Of a DNA stretch of 64,000 bases, positions 29,376 to 38,409 are shown one piece after another. Both the position numbers and the translations under genes were made by a program. Source of the DNA: Phycisphaerales bacterium (GTDB taxonomy: Bacteria > Planctomycetota > Phycisphaerae > UBA1845). Every line of letters starts with the position of its first letter. Within the stretch, counting starts at the first letter, position 1. The notes below the pieces were generated by a model. It was not told where the DNA came from. It ran no database searches and worked only from the letters and a program-made list of their open reading frames with translations. The stretch is from positions 3,197,866 to 3,261,865 of the forward strand of contig CP070744.1 of the NCBI GenBank assembly GCA_020348265.1, in the 5' to 3' direction.

Positions 29376-29494
29376 CCGGCCGTTTGCCCCGGCGATATCA
29401 CCACTCTCGCGGCGCGTCCGACTGACTTAGGGCGCCGCGTGCTGATTTGACAGTCTGAAAAAGCGCCGCGTAGAATAGTCCACCAGTACATCGC

Positions 29495-29560
29495 CACTGC
29501 TTTCAAGCAGTGCCGGCTGGGTCCTTGTGGTGTTTATGCACTGCTCAAGAGCAGTGGCAC
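29495..29560. repeat. Two CACTGC...GCAGTG REP-like palindromes
   Basis: CACTGCTTTCAAGCAGTG (29495-29512) and CACTGCTCAAGAGCAGTGGCAC (29539-29560). Confidence 0.6.
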
Positions 29561-29612
29561 ATCCGCACGCTCAAGCCTGGCGATGCACCAGTGACAATGA
29601 CGTCGTCCTAGC

Positions 29613-30692
29613 GTGAGGCTGCAACACAGCGTGACCCAACTGCTGCTTAGCGAACTATGTCGGAGGCTGACCTACTCCGGTTTTGCCGCCCGCCTCGAAG
29701 GAGAGGACAGGGCCATACAGGGCGTGAACACGCTCGAAGATGCTCGCGAGGGTGAGGTCACCTTCCTGGCGAATCCCAAATACTCCAGCGCCGTTGACAA
29801 GACCAAGGCATCTGCCGTCATTCTCAGAAACGACTTCCCCGTGCCGAAGAGAGTGTCGGCCCTGCGCTGTGACGATCCCTACGGCGCGGTTACGCTCGCC
29901 ATCGTCATCCTGCACGGCCACCGCAGACACCCGCAATGGGGGCTTAGCGAAAGAGCTTCCATCGACGAGTCTGCCAGGATAGGGACGAACCCGAACATCG
30001 CCGGCGGGGTGAGCATCGCCGCTGACGTCACTATCGGGGACAACTGCACGATCTATCCCGGGTGCTACGTGGGCGACGGGGCACGCATAGGGAGCGACTG
30101 CACGCTGTTTCCAAACGTCGTCATCTACGATCATTGTGAGCTGGGCGATCGAGTGACCATCCACGCCGGTTCGGTCATTGGTGAGGACGGCCTGGGTTAC
30201 GCCCCACAAGGCGGGAAATGGATGAAGATCCCTCAGGTGGGCCGGGCAATCATCGGCGATGACGTCGAAATCGGGGCAAACTGTGCGATCGATAGGGCTA
30301 CGCTTGGCTATACCGCTGTCGAGGCCGGCACCAAGTTCGGCAACGTCGTGGTCATAGGTCACGGGACAAAGGTCGGGCCCGACTGCATGTTCGTCGGGCT
30401 CGTCGGCGTCGCAGGTTCGGCGAACATCGGAAAGCACGTGACCCTGGCCGCGGGGGCCGGCGCCGTAGGCCACATCACCGTTGGAGACGACGTCCAAGTC
30501 GGTGCAACATCGTGTGTTATGGGGAACGTCGAACCCAAGGCGACCCTGCTAGGTACACCAGCAACCGACGCAATGCAGGCAAAACGGTCGCTAATCGCAA
30601 TTCAGAAGCTGCCCGAGTGGATTCAGCGGGTCAGACAGCTTGAAAAAGAAGTACAGTCTCTGCGTGAGCAACTCGACAGCGCTAGTTCGTGA
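29613..30692 (+). CDS. lpxD: UDP-3-O-acyl-glucosamine N-acyltransferase LpxD
   Basis: VTFLANPKY, hexapeptide repeats, GEDGLGY, KIPQVGRAIIGDDVEIGANCAIDR. Confidence 0.95.
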   Translation: MRLQHSVTQLLLSELCRRLTYSGFAARLEGEDRAIQGVNTLEDAREGEVTFLANPKYSSAVDKTKASAVILRNDFPVPKRVSALRCDDPYGAVTLAIVILHGHRRHPQWGLSERASIDESARIGTNPNIAGGVSIAADVTIGDNCTIYPGCYVGDGARIGSDCTLFPNVVIYDHCELGDRVTIHAGSVIGEDGLGYAPQGGKWMKIPQVGRAIIGDDVEIGANCAIDRATLGYTAVEAGTKFGNVVVIGHGTKVGPDCMFVGLVGVAGSANIGKHVTLAAGAGAVGHITVGDDVQVGATSCVMGNVEPKATLLGTPATDAMQAKRSLIAIQKLPEWIQRVRQLEKEVQSLREQLDSASS

Positions 30693-31003
30693 GAGCTAAG
30701 CGCCGAGACGTCACCACAGACGCATCTCCTATCACGCGCATAGCGATTGGCCTAGTCGTGGTGCAGGAATCACCAGCGTTCTCGAAGCGCACGCCGGTCA
30801 GCTCACTCCGCAAACCACACCTTGCCGCGGGCAACGTCGCTGCTCTATAATCACACCCGGTTCGTTGATCGGACTCTGGACGAAGACTGTAGAGGAGTGT
30901 GCTTAATTCCGACGGATCCACCCGAATTCGTGGTGGTTCCAACCTGCAACATCTGAACTCAGTGCTGTCAACAGCATGATTCGTTGACGAAGGGAAACAC
31001 CAA

Positions 31004-32674
31004 ATGACAACCGCAACTCCGAGTGTCGACGCTACTCGTACAGTCCACGCACCGCGTGGTGCCGAGATTACCTGCAAGGGCTGGCAGCAGGAAGCTGCGA
31101 TGCGCATGCTGATGAACAACCTCGACCCCGATGTCGCGGAGAATCCGGCTGAACTGATCGTCTATGGAGGCAGCGGGAAAGCGGCTCGGAGTTGGCCGGA
31201 TTTCGACCGCATTGTGGCCTCCCTCAAGCAGCTCGAAAACGACGAAACACTACTAGTTCAATCCGGACGGGCCGTAGGAATCGTCAAGACTCACAGCGAC
31301 GCACCTCGTGTGTTGATCGCCAACTCCCTGCTTGTACCCCACTGGGCCAACTGGGACGAATTCCGTCGTCTCGAAGCCAAAGGCCTCACCATGTATGGGC
31401 AGATGACCGCAGGAAGCTGGATCTACATCGGCACGCAGGGCATCCTCCAGGGTACCTACGAGACCTTCGGTGCCGCCGCCCGCGAGCATTTCGACGGTTC
31501 ACTCGCAGGACGCCTGGTCATCACCGGCGGGCTTGGTGGGATGGGGGGAGCCCAACCGCTGGCCGCCACCATGAATGAAGGCGTGTGCCTGTGCGTCGAA
31601 GTGGATAGGGCTCGCATCGAGCGGCGGATGGAGACACGCTATCTGGACCGCTGGACGGCTGACCTGGATGAAGCTCTGGGCTGGACGAGCGAAGCGGTCA
31701 AAGCGAAGACTCCGCTATCAGTTGGCCTGCTGGGCAATTGTGCGGACGTTCTGCCGGAGTTGGTGCGCAGAAACGTCATACCTGATGTGCTTACTGATCA
31801 GACTTCCGCCCATGACGCTTTGAAGGGATACGTACCAAACGGGATGACCTTCACCGAAGCGGTCAAGCTCCGCCAGACGGACCCCGACCGCTACATTACC
31901 GAGTCGATGCGCTCGATGGCTGAACACGTCCAGGCCATGCTCGAGCTGCAAGAACGTGGGGCGATTACCTTCGATTACGGCAACAATATCCGCGGCCAGG
32001 CCAAGCTCGCCGGGGTGGAGAACGCTTTCGACATTGTCGGCTTCGTTCCGCTTTTCATCAGACCGTTGTTCTGCGAGGGGCAGGGGCCCTTCCGCTGGGC
32101 GGCCCTCTCCGGCGACCCCAAGGACATCGCCCGCACCGACCAAGCTGTGCTAGAGACCTTCCCCGAGAATGAGCATCTATGCCGGTGGATTCGTCTCGCC
32201 AGGGAGCGTATCGCCTTTCAGGGCCTGCCCGCGCGAATCTGCTGGCTGGGCTACGGTGAGCGAGACAAGATGGGATTGGTGTTCAACGATCTCGTCGCCA
32301 AAGGTGAGATCTCCGCTCCGATCGTCATTGGCCGAGATCACCTCGACTGTGGCAGCGTAGCCTCGCCCAACCGCGAAACCGAAGGTATGAAGGACGGGTC
32401 CGACGCGATTGCCGACTGGCCCATACTCAACGCCCTGGTCAACACCTGCTGCGGGGCGAGTTGGGTGTCGGTGCATCACGGCGGGGGGGTGGGGATAGGC
32501 TATGCCCTTCATGCCGGACAAGTGATCGTCGCGGACGGCACCAAGGAGGCCGCCGACCGCCTCAAGCGCGTCCTCACCGCCGACCCCGCAACGGGCATCT
32601 TCCGCCACGTGGACGCCGGCTACGAAAAAGCCCAGCAAATCGCCGAGAAGCGCGGCGTGAAACTGCCGGGATGA
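31004..32674 (+). CDS. hutU: Urocanate hydratase
   Basis: [65 protein letters not shown]. Confidence 0.98.
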   Translation: MTTATPSVDATRTVHAPRGAEITCKGWQQEAAMRMLMNNLDPDVAENPAELIVYGGSGKAARSWPDFDRIVASLKQLENDETLLVQSGRAVGIVKTHSDAPRVLIANSLLVPHWANWDEFRRLEAKGLTMYGQMTAGSWIYIGTQGILQGTYETFGAAAREHFDGSLAGRLVITGGLGGMGGAQPLAATMNEGVCLCVEVDRARIERRMETRYLDRWTADLDEALGWTSEAVKAKTPLSVGLLGNCADVLPELVRRNVIPDVLTDQTSAHDALKGYVPNGMTFTEAVKLRQTDPDRYITESMRSMAEHVQAMLELQERGAITFDYGNNIRGQAKLAGVENAFDIVGFVPLFIRPLFCEGQGPFRWAALSGDPKDIARTDQAVLETFPENEHLCRWIRLARERIAFQGLPARICWLGYGERDKMGLVFNDLVAKGEISAPIVIGRDHLDCGSVASPNRETEGMKDGSDAIADWPILNALVNTCCGASWVSVHHGGGVGIGYALHAGQVIVADGTKEAADRLKRVLTADPATGIFRHVDAGYEKAQQIAEKRGVKLPG

Positions 32675-32848
32675 TGATCAAGAAGAAACCGTTTGACTAG
32701 CGGCCGAGGAGCGGTTAAGTCGAAATACCTTGCATCGGGACAAAGTCGCGTTTCCAGAATGGAGGGCTGAGGTATCCCCTCACGCAACGGCATATCGGCA
32801 GCGCAGTTAAAGCCGTATCTAAGAAGGTGCGGATACAAAGGCCCACTG

Positions 32849-35332
32849 TTGGCCCAAGATTATCGCTATAACGGCAGTTCAGTCGAGCTTGCCGGGTTTG
32901 CCGACCTGCCAACAGACACAAGGTCCGCATGCATTGGCGTCCTGGACGCGAGAGGCAACTCGGCAACAGCGGTAGAGGGGTGTCGAGAACTCGGCGCGCC
33001 GGTGATTCTGATCTGCCAGCAGGACAAAGTCGAATGGTGGCAACAGACGACCGAGCAACCGGAGCATCAGGAAACCATTGCTCCGAATAAGCTGGATCGA
33101 TTCTTCGAACACCACAGGAAGGACTTTGGCCCCGATCGCATCTTCCGCGCGAAGACAATAGGGCGTTTTGACCGTGCGTACCAACTGTCGTTTGTTGACA
33201 TCGGGCTCATGCCACTGGTTGAGAGCGAGATCGGCGACAAGGTCAGCAGGCTTGTTGGACGAGTGGTCAAGGACTTTGTGCACGACCTCAAGCGGCCGAG
33301 ACTGTCCGATGCCGAGTCAAGGCAGATCTTCAAGTCAGTGTTCTGGCTACTCGCAGCCAAGATTTTGCACGACAAGAAGAACGTAGAGAACTTCAAGAGG
33401 ATCGACCTGCTGGATTTCGACGCAGTTTTTGACAGAGTTGCGAAGCACTACGCTGCTGCAGTAAGCCCGCTACCCAGAAGCAAAGCCTGGAGATCGGCAC
33501 TTGACCGTGCCGCACAGACAGTCAGCGAATTCGCCCATCTTGGGAACATCTCGACAGAAGCTCTCGCCTACGTATACGAGAATACGCTCATTGATAAGGC
33601 GTTGCGCCAGAAACTCGGGACCCACAGTACGCCGTCCTACTTGGTGGACTACATCCTTTGGCAACTGTCGCCGTGGATCAGCGAGATTGAAGAGGACAAG
33701 CGCCATATCTTCGAACCTGCCTGCGGGCATGGTGCATTCCTCGTTGGGGCAATGCGATTACTGCGGTTCCTGTTGCGGGGCACCGACAGCGCGAAGCACC
33801 ACCGATACTTGAAGGCCCACGTTCGAGGCATAGAAATAGATCCTTTTGCCCTGGAACTAGCGAGACTTTCCTTGACGCTGGCGGACATACCAAACCCCAA
33901 CGGGTGGAGACTCACGGAAGCGGATATGTTCGAGTCGGACATTCTGCAGAAAGAAGCCAAGAAGGCACGGATTCTGCTGGCCAACCCGCCGTTTGAAGCT
34001 TTCACGAGCAAAGAGAAGGCAAGGTACCGCAAAGCGGGCAACGACGTCGGTACGAACAAGGCCATCGAAATGCTCGAACGGACGATCGCCCATCTGCCGG
34101 TGGGGGCGGTCTTCGGGGTAGTCGTGCCTCAGGGTGTGCTCCACAACAAGCAAGCATGCGATGTTCGCAGACAAATGGCCAGCGAATTCGAGCTTTCAGA
34201 GATCTGTCTCTTTCCTGACAAGATGTTCAAGTTCTCCGATATGGAGACCACGATTATTCTTGGGCGCAGGCGGCGCACTGACCGCGCAGCAACGGGGCAA
34301 GTGCAGTACCGCCGAGTCCGCGAAAGCGGCATGTCAAGGTTCCGCGAATCCTATACTGTCAGCACGGATCGTCTGATTCCGCAAGTGCGGTTCCTGGGTA
34401 CAGGCGATTCAAGTTTCAGGATTCCCGAACTGGAGAACCTGTGGGACGCGTTGGACGCCCGCCGCAAACTTTCCGACCTGGCAAGTATGGGACAAGGCTT
34501 GGCACATAAGGGCAAGGACCTCCCCGAGGGAGCATGGACGATCCGTAGCCCCAAGAGGAAGCGCGATACACCCGGTTTTGCCGACGTTCCGAGGAACTTG
34601 CAGATCTGGGGGCTTCCCGAAGAGGTTGGGGTGAACGTCGACAGCAGTGTCCTACTTCGCATGCGTGCTGGGCTACCGCCCGGTGAACCACAAGTGTTGC
34701 TCAACTACGCACCAGTCAGCCGCGGGCCTTGGAGACTCAAGGCAATCATCGATTCTGACGACCATGCAGTTACAAGCCGTTTCATCGCTATTAGGCCGAG
34801 TAAGCCAAGCATCTCAGTGGAGTTCCTCTGGGCCCTCCTCAACTCCCCCGTGGCGAACGCCTTCGCGTATTGCCATTTGGGAAAGCGCGACAACCTTGTC
34901 GGCACAATGGGGCAGATGCCCGCGCCGGACCCGGCCGCGCGCGACGTCGAGTCCATCGTTCGGGCAGCCTGCGCCTATCGGAGGCTCGTGAAGAGGTTCG
35001 ACGAATTCATGGTACCGGACCCCGACGAGTCAGCCGTGAGAAGTGCGCTACTAGCCATGGATGCTGAAGTACTGCGGCTCTACGATCTACCCCCGCGTCT
35101 GGAACGCGAACTCCTCGATCTGTTCGCCGGCAAAGTACGCAAAGGCGTCGGGTGTACGTTCAAACAATACTTCCCCGCCGACTTCACTCCGTTTGTCCCT
35201 CTCCACGAATACCTCTCGGACGAGTACCGCCGATCTACTGCCGGGGAGATGCGCAAGCGCCATGTACCCGTGACATCACCGAACGTACTTCAGGCGCTCG
35301 ACCGCGCAGTCGAGGCTTTCGGGGAGGAGTAG
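32849..35332 (+). CDS. N6-adenine DNA methyltransferase with C-terminal TRD (type IIG/Eco57I-like architecture)
   Basis: LG.HSTP, motif I FEPACGHGAFL, motif IV NPPF, WALLNSP TRD-like segment; start uncertain. Confidence 0.85.
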   Translation: MAQDYRYNGSSVELAGFADLPTDTRSACIGVLDARGNSATAVEGCRELGAPVILICQQDKVEWWQQTTEQPEHQETIAPNKLDRFFEHHRKDFGPDRIFRAKTIGRFDRAYQLSFVDIGLMPLVESEIGDKVSRLVGRVVKDFVHDLKRPRLSDAESRQIFKSVFWLLAAKILHDKKNVENFKRIDLLDFDAVFDRVAKHYAAAVSPLPRSKAWRSALDRAAQTVSEFAHLGNISTEALAYVYENTLIDKALRQKLGTHSTPSYLVDYILWQLSPWISEIEEDKRHIFEPACGHGAFLVGAMRLLRFLLRGTDSAKHHRYLKAHVRGIEIDPFALELARLSLTLADIPNPNGWRLTEADMFESDILQKEAKKARILLANPPFEAFTSKEKARYRKAGNDVGTNKAIEMLERTIAHLPVGAVFGVVVPQGVLHNKQACDVRRQMASEFELSEICLFPDKMFKFSDMETTIILGRRRRTDRAATGQVQYRRVRESGMSRFRESYTVSTDRLIPQVRFLGTGDSSFRIPELENLWDALDARRKLSDLASMGQGLAHKGKDLPEGAWTIRSPKRKRDTPGFADVPRNLQIWGLPEEVGVNVDSSVLLRMRAGLPPGEPQVLLNYAPVSRGPWRLKAIIDSDDHAVTSRFIAIRPSKPSISVEFLWALLNSPVANAFAYCHLGKRDNLVGTMGQMPAPDPAARDVESIVRAACAYRRLVKRFDEFMVPDPDESAVRSALLAMDAEVLRLYDLPPRLERELLDLFAGKVRKGVGCTFKQYFPADFTPFVPLHEYLSDEYRRSTAGEMRKRHVPVTSPNVLQALDRAVEAFGEE

Positions 35333-35335
35333 AGC

Positions 35336-35845
35336 TTGGACGGCTATCTGCTCGACACCAACATCGTCAAGTATTGGCACGATACAAGGTGCCCCGAGCA
35401 CGGACTCGTCGCAGCAAGAGTAGAGCAACTCGACGAGAGGGCGCCACTGTATGTCTCAGTGATCACACTCGGGGAGATTGAATTCGGACACCGAGCCGAG
35501 TCGCCCATTACCACCGAGAGCCAAAGGGAATTCTCCAGCTTCGTCAGCGAACGGCTCCCGGATAGGCTCAAAGTAGACAGGCACTCGGTCAGTCACTATG
35601 GCGACCTTCGGGCACGCTTGTTTGAGAAGTATGCTCCGATTGGCAAGCGCGCGAAAGTCAAGCGTCCGGAGCAGCTAATCGACCCGGTAACGGCGAAGAC
35701 CCTCGGCATCCAAGAAAATGACCTCTGGATCGCGGCCCAGGCACTCGAGAGAAACCTAGTCCTCGTCACTCACGACAAGATGGACCACATTCGCAAAGTG
35801 GCCAGCGAACTCCGTATCGAGGACTGGGCAGAAGTCCATTCGTAA
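35336..35845 (+). CDS. PIN-domain (VapC-like) ribonuclease
   Basis: YLLDTNI, SVITLGEI, ENDLWIAAQA, LVTHD (all four acidic residues present); SD GGAGGAG inside the MTase 3' end. Confidence 0.9.
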   Translation: MDGYLLDTNIVKYWHDTRCPEHGLVAARVEQLDERAPLYVSVITLGEIEFGHRAESPITTESQREFSSFVSERLPDRLKVDRHSVSHYGDLRARLFEKYAPIGKRAKVKRPEQLIDPVTAKTLGIQENDLWIAAQALERNLVLVTHDKMDHIRKVASELRIEDWAEVHS

Positions 35846-36086
35846 CAAGGGTGAAGTTCTGATAAGTGTGCCAGACTCTCCGCAAGCTAACGAGCCCCAC
35901 CATTCCGCCGTATATACTATTGCTTCCTGACAACGCTCAAGACAGCGCCCACGGCACCATGCTATAGGACCTGCACGAATTCAAACTGACCGCGGCGCGG
36001 GGTTGTTCTGAAACGTATACTTCTTCCGTGTTGGAGGTCCAACCGGCCTCTTGGAGACTCGTCCACACGAAGGAAAGGACTTGTTG

Positions 36087-36773
36087 ATGAGCGCTAACCA
36101 AACCGGCGAAGGGCAGGAGAACAGAAAGAGCAGGCGGCGCACCTATCTGATCAATCCGTCCTTCCAGTGGAAGTACACGGGCGCTATTGCTCTGACCGTC
36201 TTTATTCTCTGTTCATCGGTCGGAGTGATGCTTTTCGGGGCGTTGTACCAGCAGGCCCGGGCGATGGTCATCAACCCCAACGTAAGCCACCTCTGGGAGA
36301 ACACCCGGCTCATCGTTTTCTCGTCAGTAGGCTTTGCGGGTGTCACTGCAGCAGCAATCGCCCTTTGGAGCATCGTCGCGACCCACCGCATCTGCGGCCC
36401 GCTGCACGTGCTGGAGGGTTACATGGAAGAACTGGTCAAGGGGCGCTTCCCGAAGATCAGAGCCCTGCGCCAAAAGGACGAATTCAAACATTTGCACTCG
36501 ACATTCACCAGCACGGTTGATTCACTGAAACGGCGCAAGCAAGCACAACTCGCCACCTTGACCAAGATCCTGGAAATCGCCGGATCAGCAAGAGATGCCG
36601 AAGAAGAGAGCCTTAGGAGCGCCCTTAGTCAGATAACCACGCGCGTGGAGGGGCTGCGCTCACAAGTGGCCGACGTCTTGGGTGAGACGCTCGATAGCCT
36701 ACCCCTCGCGAAGCAGCAGGATTCCGAAACGGCGCCCCCGTCACCCCGGCCACTTGCGGAAGCCGGCGTTTAG
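36087..36773 (+). CDS. 2-TM membrane protein with HAMP-like domain, no output domain
   Basis: RRRTYLINPSFQWKY, two TM helices, THRICGPL...L..G...LRQKDEF. Confidence 0.7.
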   Translation: MSANQTGEGQENRKSRRRTYLINPSFQWKYTGAIALTVFILCSSVGVMLFGALYQQARAMVINPNVSHLWENTRLIVFSSVGFAGVTAAAIALWSIVATHRICGPLHVLEGYMEELVKGRFPKIRALRQKDEFKHLHSTFTSTVDSLKRRKQAQLATLTKILEIAGSARDAEEESLRSALSQITTRVEGLRSQVADVLGETLDSLPLAKQQDSETAPPSPRPLAEAGV

Positions 36774-37434
36774 CATAGACCGCGGCTGTCGCAGCTCAGC
36801 AAGGATTTGATAGCCGCACCGCCAGCCTTGCAGCTGGACGGTGCAGATCGTCAGCAGTTCAGGGGAAGAAGGAGCATCCTCCTAAGCTGAGGAGGTGGAA
36901 TCGAAAGCCATTTCCTATAACTAGACGGAAGGCAGGTCAGTAGTCCTTCCTGCGACAGCAGTCTGACACGTCCCATAGCAAACCTGCGCGCACAATTCGC
37001 GCAGGGTTTTGCGTCGCGCCTGGATGTTTCGTAGGTTGAAAGTGGAGCGCACCTGCCGGGGTGCCGGTCCCATAACCACACTGCAAGTACACCTGCTGGC
37101 AGCTGAGGGATCTACGCGTGAAGAAGAGTAAGTCAAAGCGACGCAACGATCGCAAGCGCAACCGCAACGTGCCACAGGCACGCGAGAGCCGAGCGTAGGC
37201 GAAGCGGGAGCGGCCTAGTCTGGGTGCATAATGGCTCGGTCGCGGCTTCGAAACGGGTTGCCAGCTGCTTGTGAATTGAACGTAAACCTATGAGAAACCC
37301 CGACTTAGGTCGGGGTCATCTCCAGGTCTTCATAGCGGGGGCATCATATGGGGTACTGGAGATAAGTGTGTGGCGGATTTGTCGGTTTAGCGCTGTCGGT
37401 AATTGGCGTAAGTGTTTGCAGGATAAAGACTTAC

Positions 37435-37473
37435 AACGTGTCGGGGCGTGTCACGCCGACACGTTCTTTTGTT
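37435..37473 (+). terminator. Terminator-like hairpin
   Basis: AACGTGTCGG / CCGACACGTT perfect 10-bp IR followed by CTTTTGTT. Confidence 0.5.
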
Positions 37474-37839
37474 CCGTAAGCGTGCGCCATCGACTCCCAT
37501 GGAACTAAGGCAGGGGACGGAGGCCGCGCCCATCCGTAGCCTAGCCTGAGCTCGATGGGGGGTGGTCTCGCAGCATCGGACCAGCCCGGTTGCAGTTTGC
37601 CCTGTGTTGGGTGGAGGCGCGCAAACCTTGAGCGTCTCAGGCTCGCGAACTCAATGGGCTATAACGGGCCTCAGGGATGGCATCGGACACAGGACATTTC
37701 AGTGACGAGAACGCCCGGATAGCGTTTCCAGAAGGGACAAACTTCCGATACCATCAGGGCCGCGAGAGCGACAGTCGTGGCCGGAATCGCCGAGCTTGGA
37801 TAGGCCCGGGGTCAGATGAGTTTGTGATACGTGGACGAT

Positions 37840-38409
37840 ATGTCATCCGATTTGACTCAGATTCTGGTCGACACGAGTGGAGAGGAGCCAGCCGACGTGG
37901 CCAGGCAGCTCATGCCGCTGGTGTACGACGAGCTGCGTGATCTGGCGGCCCGATACCTGCGCTCCGAGCGCAAGGGGCATACCCTGCAGCCTACGGCGCT
38001 GGTCCACGAGGCTTTTATGCGCCTGGTTGACCAGAGCCGTGTCGATTGGAAGGGGCGCACGCACTTCTACGCAGTCGGAGCAGCGGCCATGCGCCGCATT
38101 CTGATAGATCATGCAAGGACTCGCGGTCGAGGCAAGCGCGGCGGTGAGTGGCAACGCGTAGTCTTGGACGAGGCAGAAACACCGCAAGAGCTGCGGGATG
38201 TCGAGCTGGTGGCCGTACACGACGCTCTGGAAGCACTTGCGGCCCTCGATGAACAGCAGGCGCGCATCGTCGAGCTAAGATTCTTCGGCGGTTTGACGGT
38301 GGAGGAAGTGGCTCACGTCCTAGGAGTCTCCAAACGCAAGGTCGAAGGTGATTGGACCCATGCCAAGGCGTGGCTTCGCAAAACGCTCGACCCAGAAAGC
38401 CAGACATGA
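37840..38409 (+). CDS. Planctomycete-type ECF sigma factor (TIGR02999-like)
   Basis: LMPLVYDELR.LAARYL, HTLQPTALVHEAF, MRRILIDHAR, VELRFFGGLT, DW..AKAWL. Confidence 0.93.
   Translation: MSSDLTQILVDTSGEEPADVARQLMPLVYDELRDLAARYLRSERKGHTLQPTALVHEAFMRLVDQSRVDWKGRTHFYAVGAAAMRRILIDHARTRGRGKRGGEWQRVVLDEAETPQELRDVELVAVHDALEALAALDEQQARIVELRFFGGLTVEEVAHVLGVSKRKVEGDWTHAKAWLRKTLDPESQT

Noticed and set aside
36977-37050. c-di-GMP-I riboswitch on the - strand (GACGCAAAAC)
   Set aside because: The sequence is one arm of a simple long hairpin; the P1/P2 GYAAAC-GAAA architecture is absent
37221-37250. dif site (GGTGCATAA resembles the XerC arm)
   Set aside because: No TTATGTTAAAT-like XerD arm after a 6-bp spacer
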